DNA of 64,000 nt from a bacterium (GCA_021806925.1 JAKAPS010000003.1:10553-74552), one strand, 5' to 3'; positions 18,739-28,652 are shown, counted from the first letter of the stretch. The notes: generated by a model from the sequence alone, not told the origin. Translations and numbers: made by a program.

Positions 18739-19382
18739 AGTAGGTGTATGATGTACACTGTATTATACCAAATCAACCTACTTTTTGTATAGTAGGTGGG
18801 TTGTAATATGTCAGGAATGAACAAAATTAAGAAAAATCAAAAGGGTTGTATTCATAGGAACGTATCCCCATGAGAAAAGATATTGGGTTAATAGATCTAT
18901 ATTTTAGTGTAGTTGCCAAATCACTTATTAAATTATTCGTGTAGCTAAAGCAAAGCAGAATGTCATAAATAATGTGATATAGTAGAAGGGGAGAAATCTG
19001 CAAAAAATAGATGAGTAAGGATGTTTAATTGATGGTTTTAGTTAAGTTTGAAGATGATAGTTCCAAAGTTCAGAAGCTTTTAATAGGGCTCTGTCAAGAG
19101 TTTTGTGTAAATAGCTTCTTTGATGTATTTCATACAATTTTATTAATATCAACCTTCCAAGGTATTTGTGACCTTTCAGGTTACTATGGTAGTAGTATAT
19201 AAAACAAATACTTAAAATTTTAGATTCGTCACGTCAGACATCAATTTTTCATGGTTTTCTGTTTAAGAGTAATTTTAAGACACTCGATGCTTTTAAGCAT
19301 AGATATTTTTTACTTAAAATGAATATTATTTATAAACAATGTCAATTATTGATATAATAATGTTAGTTAAAATTTAAAGTTT

Positions 19383-20093
19383 ATGAAATTCAAATTAGGT
19401 CTTTGTCCAGCACGCTGGGAGAGGCCAAATATAACCGAATTAGAAAGATTTATGCATGATCCATTGGTAGTTGATGCTTACCTTTTGCCAGAAGCATACA
19501 TTGCTGAAGAAAAGTTAGAAGATATAAAAATACTTGCTAGAAATAATGGTAAATGGATTTTCTCTGGTATGAAAGGAAGTGACGGAAACCAATATGCTAT
19601 TGCAATTGATAATAATGGAGAAGAAATTCATAGACATCTTAAGCTTGTTCTTTCTTCTTATGAGTTTGATGGAGGAAGTGTACAAAGAGGAAAAGAAGTA
19701 AGTGCATTTGATACTCCATGGGGAAAGATGGGTTTTCTTCTATGTTACGAGATTAGATTTCCTGAAATTGCTAGAAGAATGAAAGAAAAAGGAGTAAAAA
19801 TTTTTTTAAATCCTATCGGTGATGGTGGAGATGATAAGGATGGAGTTGAATTATGGGCAGAAATTGGAAGAATTAGGGGATTGGATAATACATGTTATAT
19901 TGCTGGTGTAAGTCATTCACATACACCGAACTTTATAGTGTATGCAGCAAATACAAAAGGCGATTTTATTTATAATTCAGACCAAAGGGTAGATATGACT
20001 CGAGCTACTTTTGATATGGACTTATTTCCTACACGAGAGGACGACAAATATATACAAACTGAGATTGAATATATTAATAGAGAAGTATCTTAG
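19383..20093 (+). CDS. Carbon-nitrogen hydrolase (nitrilase superfamily) protein
   Basis: Catalytic-Cys block GFLLCYEIRFPE (compare GxxICYExxFPE), with upstream Glu (LLPEAYI) and Lys (HRHLKLV) candidates for the E-K-C triad. Confidence 0.55.
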   Translation: MKFKLGLCPARWERPNITELERFMHDPLVVDAYLLPEAYIAEEKLEDIKILARNNGKWIFSGMKGSDGNQYAIAIDNNGEEIHRHLKLVLSSYEFDGGSVQRGKEVSAFDTPWGKMGFLLCYEIRFPEIARRMKEKGVKIFLNPIGDGGDDKDGVELWAEIGRIRGLDNTCYIAGVSHSHTPNFIVYAANTKGDFIYNSDQRVDMTRATFDMDLFPTREDDKYIQTEIEYINREVS

Positions 20094-20194
20094 AGATCTT
20101 CTTTGACAAAGTATTTTTTTATCGGTTCTACTTGTCAAATCCGTAAAATGGAAAGTATTGTTGTTACAGTGATATCAGTATGGTGTCTCATGCT

Positions 20195-20282
20195 CGGAGA
20201 GGGTGAGATTCGAACTCACGATCCAATAAAAAAGGATATCGCTTTTCGAGAGCGACCTAATCAACCACTCTAGCACCTCTCC
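20195..20282 (-). tRNA. tRNA-Ser (anticodon CGA), class II with a long variable arm
   Basis: The reverse complement GGAGAGGTGCTAGAGTGGTTGATTAGGTCGCTCTCGAAAAGCGAT...GTGAGTTCGAATCTCACCCTCTCCG folds as a cloverleaf with anticodon loop CTCGAAA. It closely resembles E. coli tRNA-Ser. Confidence 0.7.
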
Positions 20283-20292
20283 TATAATAAGT

Positions 20293-20366
20293 TGCTTCTG
20301 ACAGGATTTGAACCTGTAACCTTCAGATCCGCAATCTGATGCTCTATCCAATTGAGCTACAGAAGC
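20293..20366 (-). tRNA. tRNA-Arg with anticodon GCG (reads CGY); the usual bacterial form is ACG/ICG
   Basis: Reverse complement GCTTCTG TA GCTC AATTGGATA GAGC A TCAGA TTGCGGA TCTGA AGGTT ACAGG TTCAAAT CCTGT CAGAAGC A: perfect 7-bp acceptor, T-loop TTCAAAT, anticodon loop TTGCGGA. Confidence 0.55.
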
Positions 20367-20968
20367 TCATTTAATGGGATATATTCTCCATCAGTTAACT
20401 TTGAAAAGTAACTTTGCTTCTTTTTCAGAGTTAAGTATACTACAAAGTCTTTCAGATTTGTAACAACATTTTTAATGTCTTTATCAGGTATTACTAGGTA
20501 GAGTCTTTGAGGATATATCAAATTCAGATCAAGGTACACTATAGTAGTATCTCCTTTATGTGCAAGGTAAAATGTATCAATGTCATCCCAAGCAAGAAAT
20601 CTATTAAATGCATAAATTCCCTTGTTTGTTATCCTATGTTCAATAATACTAGGTTTTATTCTGTATAAAAAAATTGATACAATTGTAATCACAATGATTG
20701 TGAAAATAAGTGGATATTCTTTTAAGAAAAATAAGCCAAGTATAAGCAATGAGACCCAAAGAATTACTGTTATGACAACTTTACTACTCCAATAGCTAAA
20801 TGTCCTGGATGGTGCATGCCACCTATATATGTCTTTCTCAGGTACATTTAGTTCTTTTGCAGTGTTATCTTTTTTTATTTTACTTTTTAATCTTTTTAAT
20901 TCAAGTTCAAGTTCATTAATTTTATCATTCATCAGTATAAGATTAAATTCTTTTGTATAGGATTGCAA
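20357..20968 (-). CDS. Hypothetical membrane protein (N-terminal coiled-coil, 2-3 TM helices); its 3' end overlaps the tRNA-Arg 5' end by 10 nt
   Basis: 203-aa ORF with no recognisable domain. Confidence 0.35.
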   Translation of the reverse strand: MQSYTKEFNLILMNDKINELELELKRLKSKIKKDNTAKELNVPEKDIYRWHAPSRTFSYWSSKVVITVILWVSLLILGLFFLKEYPLIFTIIVITIVSIFLYRIKPSIIEHRITNKGIYAFNRFLAWDDIDTFYLAHKGDTTIVYLDLNLIYPQRLYLVIPDKDIKNVVTNLKDFVVYLTLKKKQSYFSKLTDGEYIPLNELL

Positions 20969-21034
20969 GCAAATTGGGACATGTTTTAGTTTTATATATT
21001 TGACAGTGTTGATATAATTTTAATAGATATAAAT

Positions 21035-21622
21035 ATGGATAATAATATAAATAATACAATAACGAATTTAAATGATAATGGCTTTAATACAATTCTTTGT
21101 ACTGATAAAAATGATTTGATGAATAAAATTCTTGAATTTATACCTAAGCATAGCCAAGTTGCGAATGGATCATCTACAACGCTTAAGGAGATAGGCATGA
21201 TTGAATACCTTTCGAGCACTGAAGATTATGAATATTTGAATAAAAAAGTGTTTAGTATACAGGATCCAATTCTTAGAGCTGATGAAAGAAGGAAAATGTG
21301 TCTTGCAGATTATTTCCTTACAAGTGTAAATGCAATAACTGAAGATGGAAAAATTGTTGCTGTTGATGCGAGCGGTTCTAGAGTTGGTGCATTTCATTTT
21401 ACTGCAAAACACTTAATAGTAGTATCAGGAACAAATAAGATAGTAGAGAATTTAGATAAAGCATTTTCAAGGATTAAAGAAGAAGTTTTACCTAAGGAAG
21501 ATGAAAGGGCAATGAGAGAATATGGAGCACACACTGCTATCGCAAAATGGGTGATACTTGAAAAAGAAATAATAAAAGATAGAATAAATATATTCCTGCT
21601 TGATGAAAAATTAGGATTCTGA
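21035..21622 (+). CDS. LUD-domain (YkgG/LutC-like, DUF162) protein
   Basis: Blocks NAITEDGKIVAVDASG and HLIVVSGTNKIVENLDKA resemble the LUD consensus (aiAetGtlvl ... hiavvgidkivptledal). Confidence 0.45.
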   Translation: MDNNINNTITNLNDNGFNTILCTDKNDLMNKILEFIPKHSQVANGSSTTLKEIGMIEYLSSTEDYEYLNKKVFSIQDPILRADERRKMCLADYFLTSVNAITEDGKIVAVDASGSRVGAFHFTAKHLIVVSGTNKIVENLDKAFSRIKEEVLPKEDERAMREYGAHTAIAKWVILEKEIIKDRINIFLLDEKLGF

Positions 21623-21698
21623 GTATATTAGTATGGCTTTGTTAACCTTAAAAATATATTTATACTAAAATATTCTATTCTATACTATACTTGTACAA

Positions 21699-23108
21699 GT
21701 GGATTTAAAAAAGATAATTGTTAATTCTGGTTTTCTTATTTTTAGTAAATTCTACACTCTTTTTTTGAATATAGTTATAGCTAGTTTAATAGCTAGATCA
21801 CTTACAATATCAAATTATGGAGTATACGCAATTATATCTTCATATACACTGGTAGTTGGTATATTCGCAGATTTTGGATTATCTAATCTATTATTGAGAG
21901 ATTCGCATAAATTCGATAACAAAGAAGAGTACTTATCAAACATGATAATAACTCGAATTATATTATCAGTGGTTGTGTCATTTATTGGATTTTCGATATC
22001 ATTTTTAATTCCTCAATATTCTTTAGTAATAAGATTGGGAATAGCAATATTTTCTATTGGTACTATATCAAATTCAGTTGCAGCCCTTGTTAGAAATTAT
22101 TATCAAACAATAAATGTATCAATAATCCCAATGATATCTGAAATATCTGGAATAACAGCCGGTCTTGTGCTTATGTTCATATACTTAATCATAAATAACA
22201 ATATATATATTATATTTATAATATTATCATTAACTTTTGTTATTAGAATGGTAATATCCCTAGTATTTTTGTTCAGGAGGCATAGATTAGTTTATAGATT
22301 CAACAGGAAGGTTTTTGCAGAATATACATTTGAAGGATATTTGCTTGCTCTTGTTGCGATTATCTCAACTGTATATTTCAAGGCTGATAGTATAATCCTT
22401 TCTATAATGAAACCATATAGCGATGTGGCTATATATTCAGTTGCTTACAAATTCGTTGATGTGTTTATTGCACTTCCATCTGTAATTATGGCACCTATAT
22501 TTTCATTAATGTCAAAGAGTATTAATGAAAAGAATATAAAAGAAGCACAAATAATATTTATTAAGGCATTTAAACTAATTGCATCATTTGGAAGTTTAGT
22601 TCTTCCTGCAATACTTATATTCTCCAAATACATTATATTTATATATGCAGGAATTAAATACAATTCTTCTGTATCAGTTCTTAACATATTATCTATAACT
22701 ATTTTCCTTTCATTTCTTGGGAATGTTTTTATATATGGAGTTATGGCAAATAAAAAGCAGAACATGCTCTCATACTATTTTGTGCTTTTATCAGTATTCA
22801 ATATCGTTACAAATGTTATATTCATACCACATTTCAGTTATATTGCAGCAGCCTGGCTTACTGACATAACAGAACTATTTGTATTAATTGGCGGCATGTG
22901 GATTTCATATAAATATTGTAAATTATATGTTGATATAAGGACCTTTTTACAATTCATAGTTTATGTTATAGTTATGAGCATATTGTCACTTGCTTTGCTT
23001 GGTAGCTTGAATATTCTTTTACTCATTATTTTATATATATTTATCTCATCAGTGTTTATATTTTTAATATATAGAAAAGAGATACTACAAATAGTTAACA
23101 AAAGATAA
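21699..23108 (+). CDS. Polysaccharide biosynthesis protein / Wzx-like oligosaccharide flippase (MOP superfamily); GTG start
   Basis: 469 aa, about 12-14 TM helices, N-terminal segment typical of the Polysacc_synt family. Confidence 0.55.
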   Translation: MDLKKIIVNSGFLIFSKFYTLFLNIVIASLIARSLTISNYGVYAIISSYTLVVGIFADFGLSNLLLRDSHKFDNKEEYLSNMIITRIILSVVVSFIGFSISFLIPQYSLVIRLGIAIFSIGTISNSVAALVRNYYQTINVSIIPMISEISGITAGLVLMFIYLIINNNIYIIFIILSLTFVIRMVISLVFLFRRHRLVYRFNRKVFAEYTFEGYLLALVAIISTVYFKADSIILSIMKPYSDVAIYSVAYKFVDVFIALPSVIMAPIFSLMSKSINEKNIKEAQIIFIKAFKLIASFGSLVLPAILIFSKYIIFIYAGIKYNSSVSVLNILSITIFLSFLGNVFIYGVMANKKQNMLSYYFVLLSVFNIVTNVIFIPHFSYIAAAWLTDITELFVLIGGMWISYKYCKLYVDIRTFLQFIVYVIVMSILSLALLGSLNILLLIILYIFISSVFIFLIYRKEILQIVNKR

Positions 23109-23137
23109 TTTTTGTTTTATACTTTTCAGTAGAAAGC

Positions 23138-24577
23138 ATGAATAATAATATTGATTATACCAATCCAAGTGTTGAGAATACTGCTAATGAGCATTCACAA
23201 AGTTTGAAAGATACTCTAGCAAACATAATGATAAAAACAGTGCCAAGTTATGCTAATAAATTTATTTATTCTCTTGGATTTTTATCTATGATAAGTTTCT
23301 TTATGATAATAGCTTCCGGATTTGTTTTGATATTTAATGGTCCATTCTGGTGGTTACATAACAGCACGGGAATATTTTTTAGAAGTATTCATCTTTGGTC
23401 TACTCAATTTTTCATCATATTTATAATATTACACTTAATTATTGTATTCCTATCATCAGGGTTTAAATATCCACGTAGATTAACGTGGGTTGTTGGTTCA
23501 TTGATGATGTTTTTTGTTTTGTTTGAAGCAGAATTAGGTTATGGATTAAGAGGAGATTTCTCATCGCAGTGGAGAGTACTTCAAGCATCTGATTTATATA
23601 ATGGAAGTGGTCTTGGAATATTCGTTAATAATCTTAATTACGCACAGATATATGGCATACATATAGCTCTCATCCCTATAATACTGATTGCACTTCTTGG
23701 ATTTCATTATCTTCTAGTCCGAACAAAAGGCATAGCTAAACCATACAAGAAGGATACAAAGTATAAAATGGTTAAAGCTAACCACACCAAATTATTTATT
23801 AGAGGGATAGGATTGATTGTTGTTATTGTAATATTTGCAATTATTTTCCCATCACCTTTTATTGCACAGACAAAAATTTCTGATATTGCTTCTCAAGACC
23901 CATCTAATATTGCAACTACTATATTTAGTGAATATATGGGAACATCAGGAACTGCTACATACTTTGATAGTATAAATCCTTATACATATAACCTAAAAGA
24001 CATTTATGTTATAAATCCATATTTATCATATATAAAGATACATAATGAAGCTAACTATTACCAAATATTTTTAAGTTTACCTTCATCAATTCAATCACAA
24101 GATCTTGCTAATGCGAATAAGTATTTTTCAGGTAGTAGCTATAATCCTAATGTCTTATCAGAGAATCCTATGGTAAACGTAGTTAATACTCTTGTTCTAA
24201 TGGCATCTAATCATCTATATTCTGCATATCTTGCAAGTGAAAATGGACAAGGTAATAATACATATGTGGGTAGATTCCTAAGTGATACAGGAGTTCTTGA
24301 TGCTGAAGCTCAATCACTTGGTATTACTACTCAGCAACTAGGAATGGTTCACGAGGAAAAAGGGATTATACCTCCAGGAGCATGGTGGCTTGCACCAATT
24401 GGTGTTATGGATAACACTATTCTTGCTAATGACCCGAACCAGGACAGAGACGGAGCTATAATACTTGCAAGCCTTGTAATAATACTAATATCTTATCCAT
24501 ATATTCCATACTTGAATAGGCTACCTGAATATCTTAGATTAGATAATATAATTTGGAAGGAAAAGGAAGCATATTGA
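23138..24577 (+). CDS. Cytochrome b6-type di-heme membrane domain (4 helices, all four heme His conserved) fused to one extra TM helix, a ~230 aa extracytoplasmic domain of unknown function and a C-terminal TM
   Basis: VPSYANKFIYSLG, FRSIHLWSTQFFIIFIILHLI, KYPRRLTWVVG and IYGIHIALIPIILIALLGFHYLLV align to PetB/cyt b blocks (VPPHVNIFYCLGG, VHRWSASMM...LHVFR, KKPRELTWVTG, HTFVLP...HFLMI). His85/His99 are 14 apart and His175/His190 are 15 apart, which is the b6-type spacing. Confidence 0.6.
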   Translation: MNNNIDYTNPSVENTANEHSQSLKDTLANIMIKTVPSYANKFIYSLGFLSMISFFMIIASGFVLIFNGPFWWLHNSTGIFFRSIHLWSTQFFIIFIILHLIIVFLSSGFKYPRRLTWVVGSLMMFFVLFEAELGYGLRGDFSSQWRVLQASDLYNGSGLGIFVNNLNYAQIYGIHIALIPIILIALLGFHYLLVRTKGIAKPYKKDTKYKMVKANHTKLFIRGIGLIVVIVIFAIIFPSPFIAQTKISDIASQDPSNIATTIFSEYMGTSGTATYFDSINPYTYNLKDIYVINPYLSYIKIHNEANYYQIFLSLPSSIQSQDLANANKYFSGSSYNPNVLSENPMVNVVNTLVLMASNHLYSAYLASENGQGNNTYVGRFLSDTGVLDAEAQSLGITTQQLGMVHEEKGIIPPGAWWLAPIGVMDNTILANDPNQDRDGAIILASLVIILISYPYIPYLNRLPEYLRLDNIIWKEKEAY

Positions 24578-24627
24578 AACTTTTTGTTTAGTTTATTGTA
24601 TACTAAATCTAGTAGTATATAAAAAAT

Positions 24628-25899
24628 ATGAATAAAAAGGTTATTATCATTTCCGTAGTTGTAGTTATTGTTATCGCTGTTCTTTATTTTCTTTTCTTCG
24701 GTAGATTTGGGTCATCAAGGAGAGGGCAATTTCTTACAAGTACTGCAACAGCTACATCTGGTAATTTAAACAGCACATATTCTGCAACTGGGAATATTAC
24801 GTATGGAAGTATGTATAATTTGGATTTTAGCTCAATTGGAAAAGTTACATCAATAAATGTAGGTGTGAATCAAACTGTTAAAAAGGGTCAATTACTTGCA
24901 AGTGAAGACCCTACTGCATTAAATTCTCAATTGCAAAGTGCATATGATGCATATAATCAAGCTAAAATAAGGTTAAGTCAATATGAAACTCAAGTATCAG
25001 ATCAATCGTCTACTTTAAACTTGAATCTAAGCCAACTTGAGAGTCAGCTAGCTGCTGCTCAATCTCAACTACAGAGTGATACATCTACAAATCAATCGAG
25101 CTTAACAATTTCTGGAGATAATCAGAAAATTTCATCGCTTCAAAGTCAAATTGCTTCATTAAATTTGCAGATTTCTCAACTAACTGATTCTACATACACT
25201 GATAATGTTAATAGTGATAACTATTCAATTGAAGCAGCATATGAGAGTATTCAATCTATCCAGAATTCAATAAATAATTTGAATATATATTCCCCTATAA
25301 ATGGAGTAGTTGAATATATAAATGGGCAAGTTGGATTAGATAGTAATGCATTAACAAGTGCAACAACTAGTTTTATATCAGTTATAGATCCGAGTACTGC
25401 AGAAGTAATGGTTGATGTTGATGAATATGATATTAATTCAATTAAATCAGGTCAACAAGTCAGTATTTCGCTTAATAATTCTGCTGGATCTACATATACT
25501 GGAACAGTATCATCAATAGTTAATTCTGCAGTTACCATTAGTAATGTTGTTAATTATCCTGTATATATTTCTATTCAGAATCCTGATAGTAATTTACTAA
25601 ATGGAATGAGTGCAAATGTATCCATAACTACTGGAACTGTAAGTAATGCAGTTCTTGTTCCAAATTCAGCTGTATCATCATTAAATGGTAAGAGCGTTGT
25701 ATATACAAAATCATCAAGTACAGGAAGACCAGTAGCTGTTGATGTTGTCACTGGTTTGAGTAATTCTACATACACACAGATAGTAAGTGGAATTTCTGTA
25801 GGAGATGTCGTTTTATTAAACTATAATACAAGCACGAGCCTTACAGGAAATATAAAATTACCTGTAGGTGGCGGTTTAGTAAGAAATTTGAAACTATGA
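24628..25899 (+). CDS. Membrane-fusion (HlyD/MacA-like periplasmic adaptor) protein
   Basis: N-terminal TM anchor, long Q/S/L-rich coiled-coil (LSQYETQVSDQSS...LQISQL), C-terminal beta-rich domain. Overlaps the downstream ABC ATPase by 4 nt. Confidence 0.55.
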   Translation: MNKKVIIISVVVVIVIAVLYFLFFGRFGSSRRGQFLTSTATATSGNLNSTYSATGNITYGSMYNLDFSSIGKVTSINVGVNQTVKKGQLLASEDPTALNSQLQSAYDAYNQAKIRLSQYETQVSDQSSTLNLNLSQLESQLAAAQSQLQSDTSTNQSSLTISGDNQKISSLQSQIASLNLQISQLTDSTYTDNVNSDNYSIEAAYESIQSIQNSINNLNIYSPINGVVEYINGQVGLDSNALTSATTSFISVIDPSTAEVMVDVDEYDINSIKSGQQVSISLNNSAGSTYTGTVSSIVNSAVTISNVVNYPVYISIQNPDSNLLNGMSANVSITTGTVSNAVLVPNSAVSSLNGKSVVYTKSSSTGRPVAVDVVTGLSNSTYTQIVSGISVGDVVLLNYNTSTSLTGNIKLPVGGGLVRNLKL

Positions 25900-26561
25900 T
25901 TACCTTGAAAGGAATTACAAAAATATATAATACAGGCGGTAATAAATTTACTGCATTGGATAATGTTAATCTTGAAATATTGACAGGTGAGTTTGTAAGT
26001 ATAATGGGGCCATCAGGTTCAGGTAAATCAACATTAATGAGTATCCTTGGACTCCTGGAACCTCCTACAAGTGGTGAATATATATTAGATAAAACAGATA
26101 CATCTAAGTTAAATGATAATAAACTTGCAGTTGAAAGAAGCAAACACATTGGTTTCATATTTCAGTCATTTAATCTTATTAAGCGGTTGTCGGCGCTAGA
26201 TAATGTAATACTACCAGTCTATTATACAGATTGTGTTATAAGTGAAAAAAAAAGACAGGCTATTGAATATCTAAATCGTGTAGGATTGGGAGATAAAATA
26301 AATTCGAAAATAGTTAATCTTTCTGGAGGTCAACAACAGCGTGTTGCTATAGCAAGAGCGTTAATTAATAATCCATCATTTATTCTTGCTGATGAGCCTA
26401 CTGGAAATCTTGATTCAAAATCATCGATTGAGATAATGAAAATTTTAATGGAATTTAACAGCGATGGGAAAACTCTTATTGTTGTAACACACGATCCAAA
26501 TATTTCAAAATATGCCAAACGTGTTATTCATATATTTGATGGAAAAATTCAGGAGAAATAA
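25896..26561 (+). CDS. ABC transporter ATP-binding protein, MacB/LolD/FtsE type
   Basis: Walker A GPSGSGKST, Q-loop, signature LSGGQQQRVAIARAL, Walker B ILADEPTGNLD, H-loop VTHD. Confidence 0.85.
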   Translation: MITLKGITKIYNTGGNKFTALDNVNLEILTGEFVSIMGPSGSGKSTLMSILGLLEPPTSGEYILDKTDTSKLNDNKLAVERSKHIGFIFQSFNLIKRLSALDNVILPVYYTDCVISEKKRQAIEYLNRVGLGDKINSKIVNLSGGQQQRVAIARALINNPSFILADEPTGNLDSKSSIEIMKILMEFNSDGKTLIVVTHDPNISKYAKRVIHIFDGKIQEK

Positions 26562-27794
26562 ATGATGAAAAAGCTTTTAATATATATCTCCTTTGCCTTC
26601 AGATACATAAACAACTATAAGTTGAGGGCATTTCTAACTATAATTGGTATAGTTATAGGTACAGCTAGTGTGATTGATGTAATCGCTATAGGAACTGGTG
26701 CAAGTGCAAGTGTACTAAATCAAATAAATTCTTTAGGGTCCAATCTTCTAATTATATCACCAGGGCAAGCAAAACAAGGTAGTATTCAGCTCGGTGCTGG
26801 TACGTTGAATTCTCTTACAAATAATGATTTTAATTCTATTGAAAATAAGGTTCTAGCACCTGAGGTCCTTTACGTGTCTGCATCAAGCTCAAAGGGTGGA
26901 ATTAATGCTATATATAAGAGCAACAATTCTGTTGTTACTTTGAATGGTATAACTCCTTCATTTTTTGTTATTAGAAATATTACTATGGCTTCTGGAAGTT
27001 ACATTACAGATTCAGATTTACTTTCTGGAAGACATGATGCTGTACTTGGTGCAACAGTAGCTACTACTTTATTTGGTAGTACATCAGCAATTGGAAAGGA
27101 AATAAATTTAAATGGAAATATATTTACTGTTGTAGGTGTGGCAAATTCAGTAGGTTCAAGTTCAAGCTTTGTAAATAATGATACACAAATATATATACCA
27201 ATAACAGTTTTTCAGGCAATGTTTAGCGGAAATCAGTATTTAAATAATATACTAGTTGAAGCAACAAGTGCTTCAACTATGACAGCAGCGCAAAATGAAG
27301 TCACTCAAATCTTATTAGATAATCATCATATACAGAATGTAAATAATGCTGATTTTACTGTAACAAGCCAAACTCAAATATTATCTACTGCTGGAAGTAT
27401 TACTCAGATTCTAACTATTCTTCTAAGTAGCCTAGCGGGAATAAGCCTAGTTGTTGGAGGAATAGGGATTATGAATATTATGCTAGTAAGTGTAACAGAA
27501 AGAACTAAAGAAATAGGACTTAAGAAAGCAGTTGGAGCAAAAGTGAGTGACATATTAACTGAGTTTTTAGTTGAATCTATAATTCTTACATTTAGCGGAG
27601 GAATAATTGGAGTTGCATTTGGGTGGTTAATTGTTTTATTTATTCAGCAGGTATTCCATTTCTCTGCAATATTATCAATAAATTCAGTTATATTATCACT
27701 ATCTGTCTCAATAATCACTGGTATAATATTTGGATTATACCCATCATTTAAAGCATCAAAATTAAGTCCTCTTGAGGCTTTGAAGTATGAATAA
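26562..27794 (+). CDS. ABC transporter permease with FtsX-like fold (MacB-type periplasmic domain + 4 TM)
   Basis: N-terminal TM, large extracytoplasmic domain, C-terminal 3 TM including the conserved IGIMNIMLVSVTERTKEIGLKKAVGA block typical of FtsX/MacB permeases. Confidence 0.75.
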   Translation: MMKKLLIYISFAFRYINNYKLRAFLTIIGIVIGTASVIDVIAIGTGASASVLNQINSLGSNLLIISPGQAKQGSIQLGAGTLNSLTNNDFNSIENKVLAPEVLYVSASSSKGGINAIYKSNNSVVTLNGITPSFFVIRNITMASGSYITDSDLLSGRHDAVLGATVATTLFGSTSAIGKEINLNGNIFTVVGVANSVGSSSSFVNNDTQIYIPITVFQAMFSGNQYLNNILVEATSASTMTAAQNEVTQILLDNHHIQNVNNADFTVTSQTQILSTAGSITQILTILLSSLAGISLVVGGIGIMNIMLVSVTERTKEIGLKKAVGAKVSDILTEFLVESIILTFSGGIIGVAFGWLIVLFIQQVFHFSAILSINSVILSLSVSIITGIIFGLYPSFKASKLSPLEALKYE

Positions 27795-27898
27795 TTCATG
27801 TGTAAAGTTAGTAGACTCTTGAAATCATTATGATAATTATAATATTGTAATAATATTCATTTACTTAGTAAACTTGATTATGTATACTTATTGTAATA

Positions 27899-28621
27899 AT
27901 GAAGACTTTTAAAATTGTAATTTCATTTATAGGTTTATCATTTTTTATATACCTTTCTATTATAAATAGCTATGTATTTGCAACTACATATTCTGTGAGC
28001 AATAATACAATTGATACTGGTGGGTCAAATAATCAAAGTTCAACCTCATATAATTTAGGAAGTTCCATTGGACAAATTAATCAAGGTGTATCATCATCAG
28101 CAAATTATACAATTAAAACTGGTTATCAATACTATGATTATGGATTCTCTGCACCATATATAACAATGACTATTCCTGTAACTACTGAGTCTTTTGGACA
28201 ATTATCACCAACTACATTTTATACTGTTAGCTATAACGTTAATGTAACAACTAATGCAGATTATGGTTACGGATTATATATATCTGAAAATAACGATATG
28301 CAGAACAGTAGTGATCCTAGTATTACTATTCCAGGATTTGATTCTGGTGCAATAACCTCAGCAGTAAGTTGGACAAGTCCAAGCACAACAGGACTTGGAT
28401 ATAATGTTAGCGGAACAGATGCTGACAGTGATTTTTCATCTTCATCAATGTTTAGAGAACTCTCAAGCAGTCAATCTGTACATATTGCTGGAACTACAGG
28501 TCCAACAGAAACTACTGGTGGTGATCAGCTTACAATGACATTTAAGGTTTCAATTCCTCAAACTCAAGGAGCAGGGGATTATCAGAACAATTGTATTTAT
28601 ACAGCAATTGCAAATTATTAA
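27899..28621 (+). CDS. Secreted Ser/Thr/Asn-rich protein of unknown function
   Basis: N-terminal signal peptide/TM; low-complexity S/T/N-rich mature region with no catalytic motifs. Confidence 0.4.
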   Translation: MKTFKIVISFIGLSFFIYLSIINSYVFATTYSVSNNTIDTGGSNNQSSTSYNLGSSIGQINQGVSSSANYTIKTGYQYYDYGFSAPYITMTIPVTTESFGQLSPTTFYTVSYNVNVTTNADYGYGLYISENNDMQNSSDPSITIPGFDSGAITSAVSWTSPSTTGLGYNVSGTDADSDFSSSSMFRELSSSQSVHIAGTTGPTETTGGDQLTMTFKVSIPQTQGAGDYQNNCIYTAIANY

Positions 28622-28652
28622 AAATCTTACACACTTCACACATACCTATTTT

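Noticed and set aside
17074-19382. Looked for CRISPR repeats, IS inverted repeats, tRNA-derived direct repeats or gene remnants in the long non-coding flanks of the COG1373 gene
   Set aside because: Only short palindromes (cctact...agtagg, atgctt..aagcat) and sub-50-aa ORFs were seen. No repeat array and no recognisable pseudogene by eye. A proper repeat or BLAST search is needed.
23138-24577. Interpreting the cytochrome b-like gene as a full bc1/b6f cytochrome b
   Set aside because: The subunit-IV-like C-terminal helices and PEWY Qo motif are not recognisable. Instead a large hydrophilic domain follows. So it is annotated as a cyt b6 N-terminal-domain fusion rather than a bc-complex subunit.
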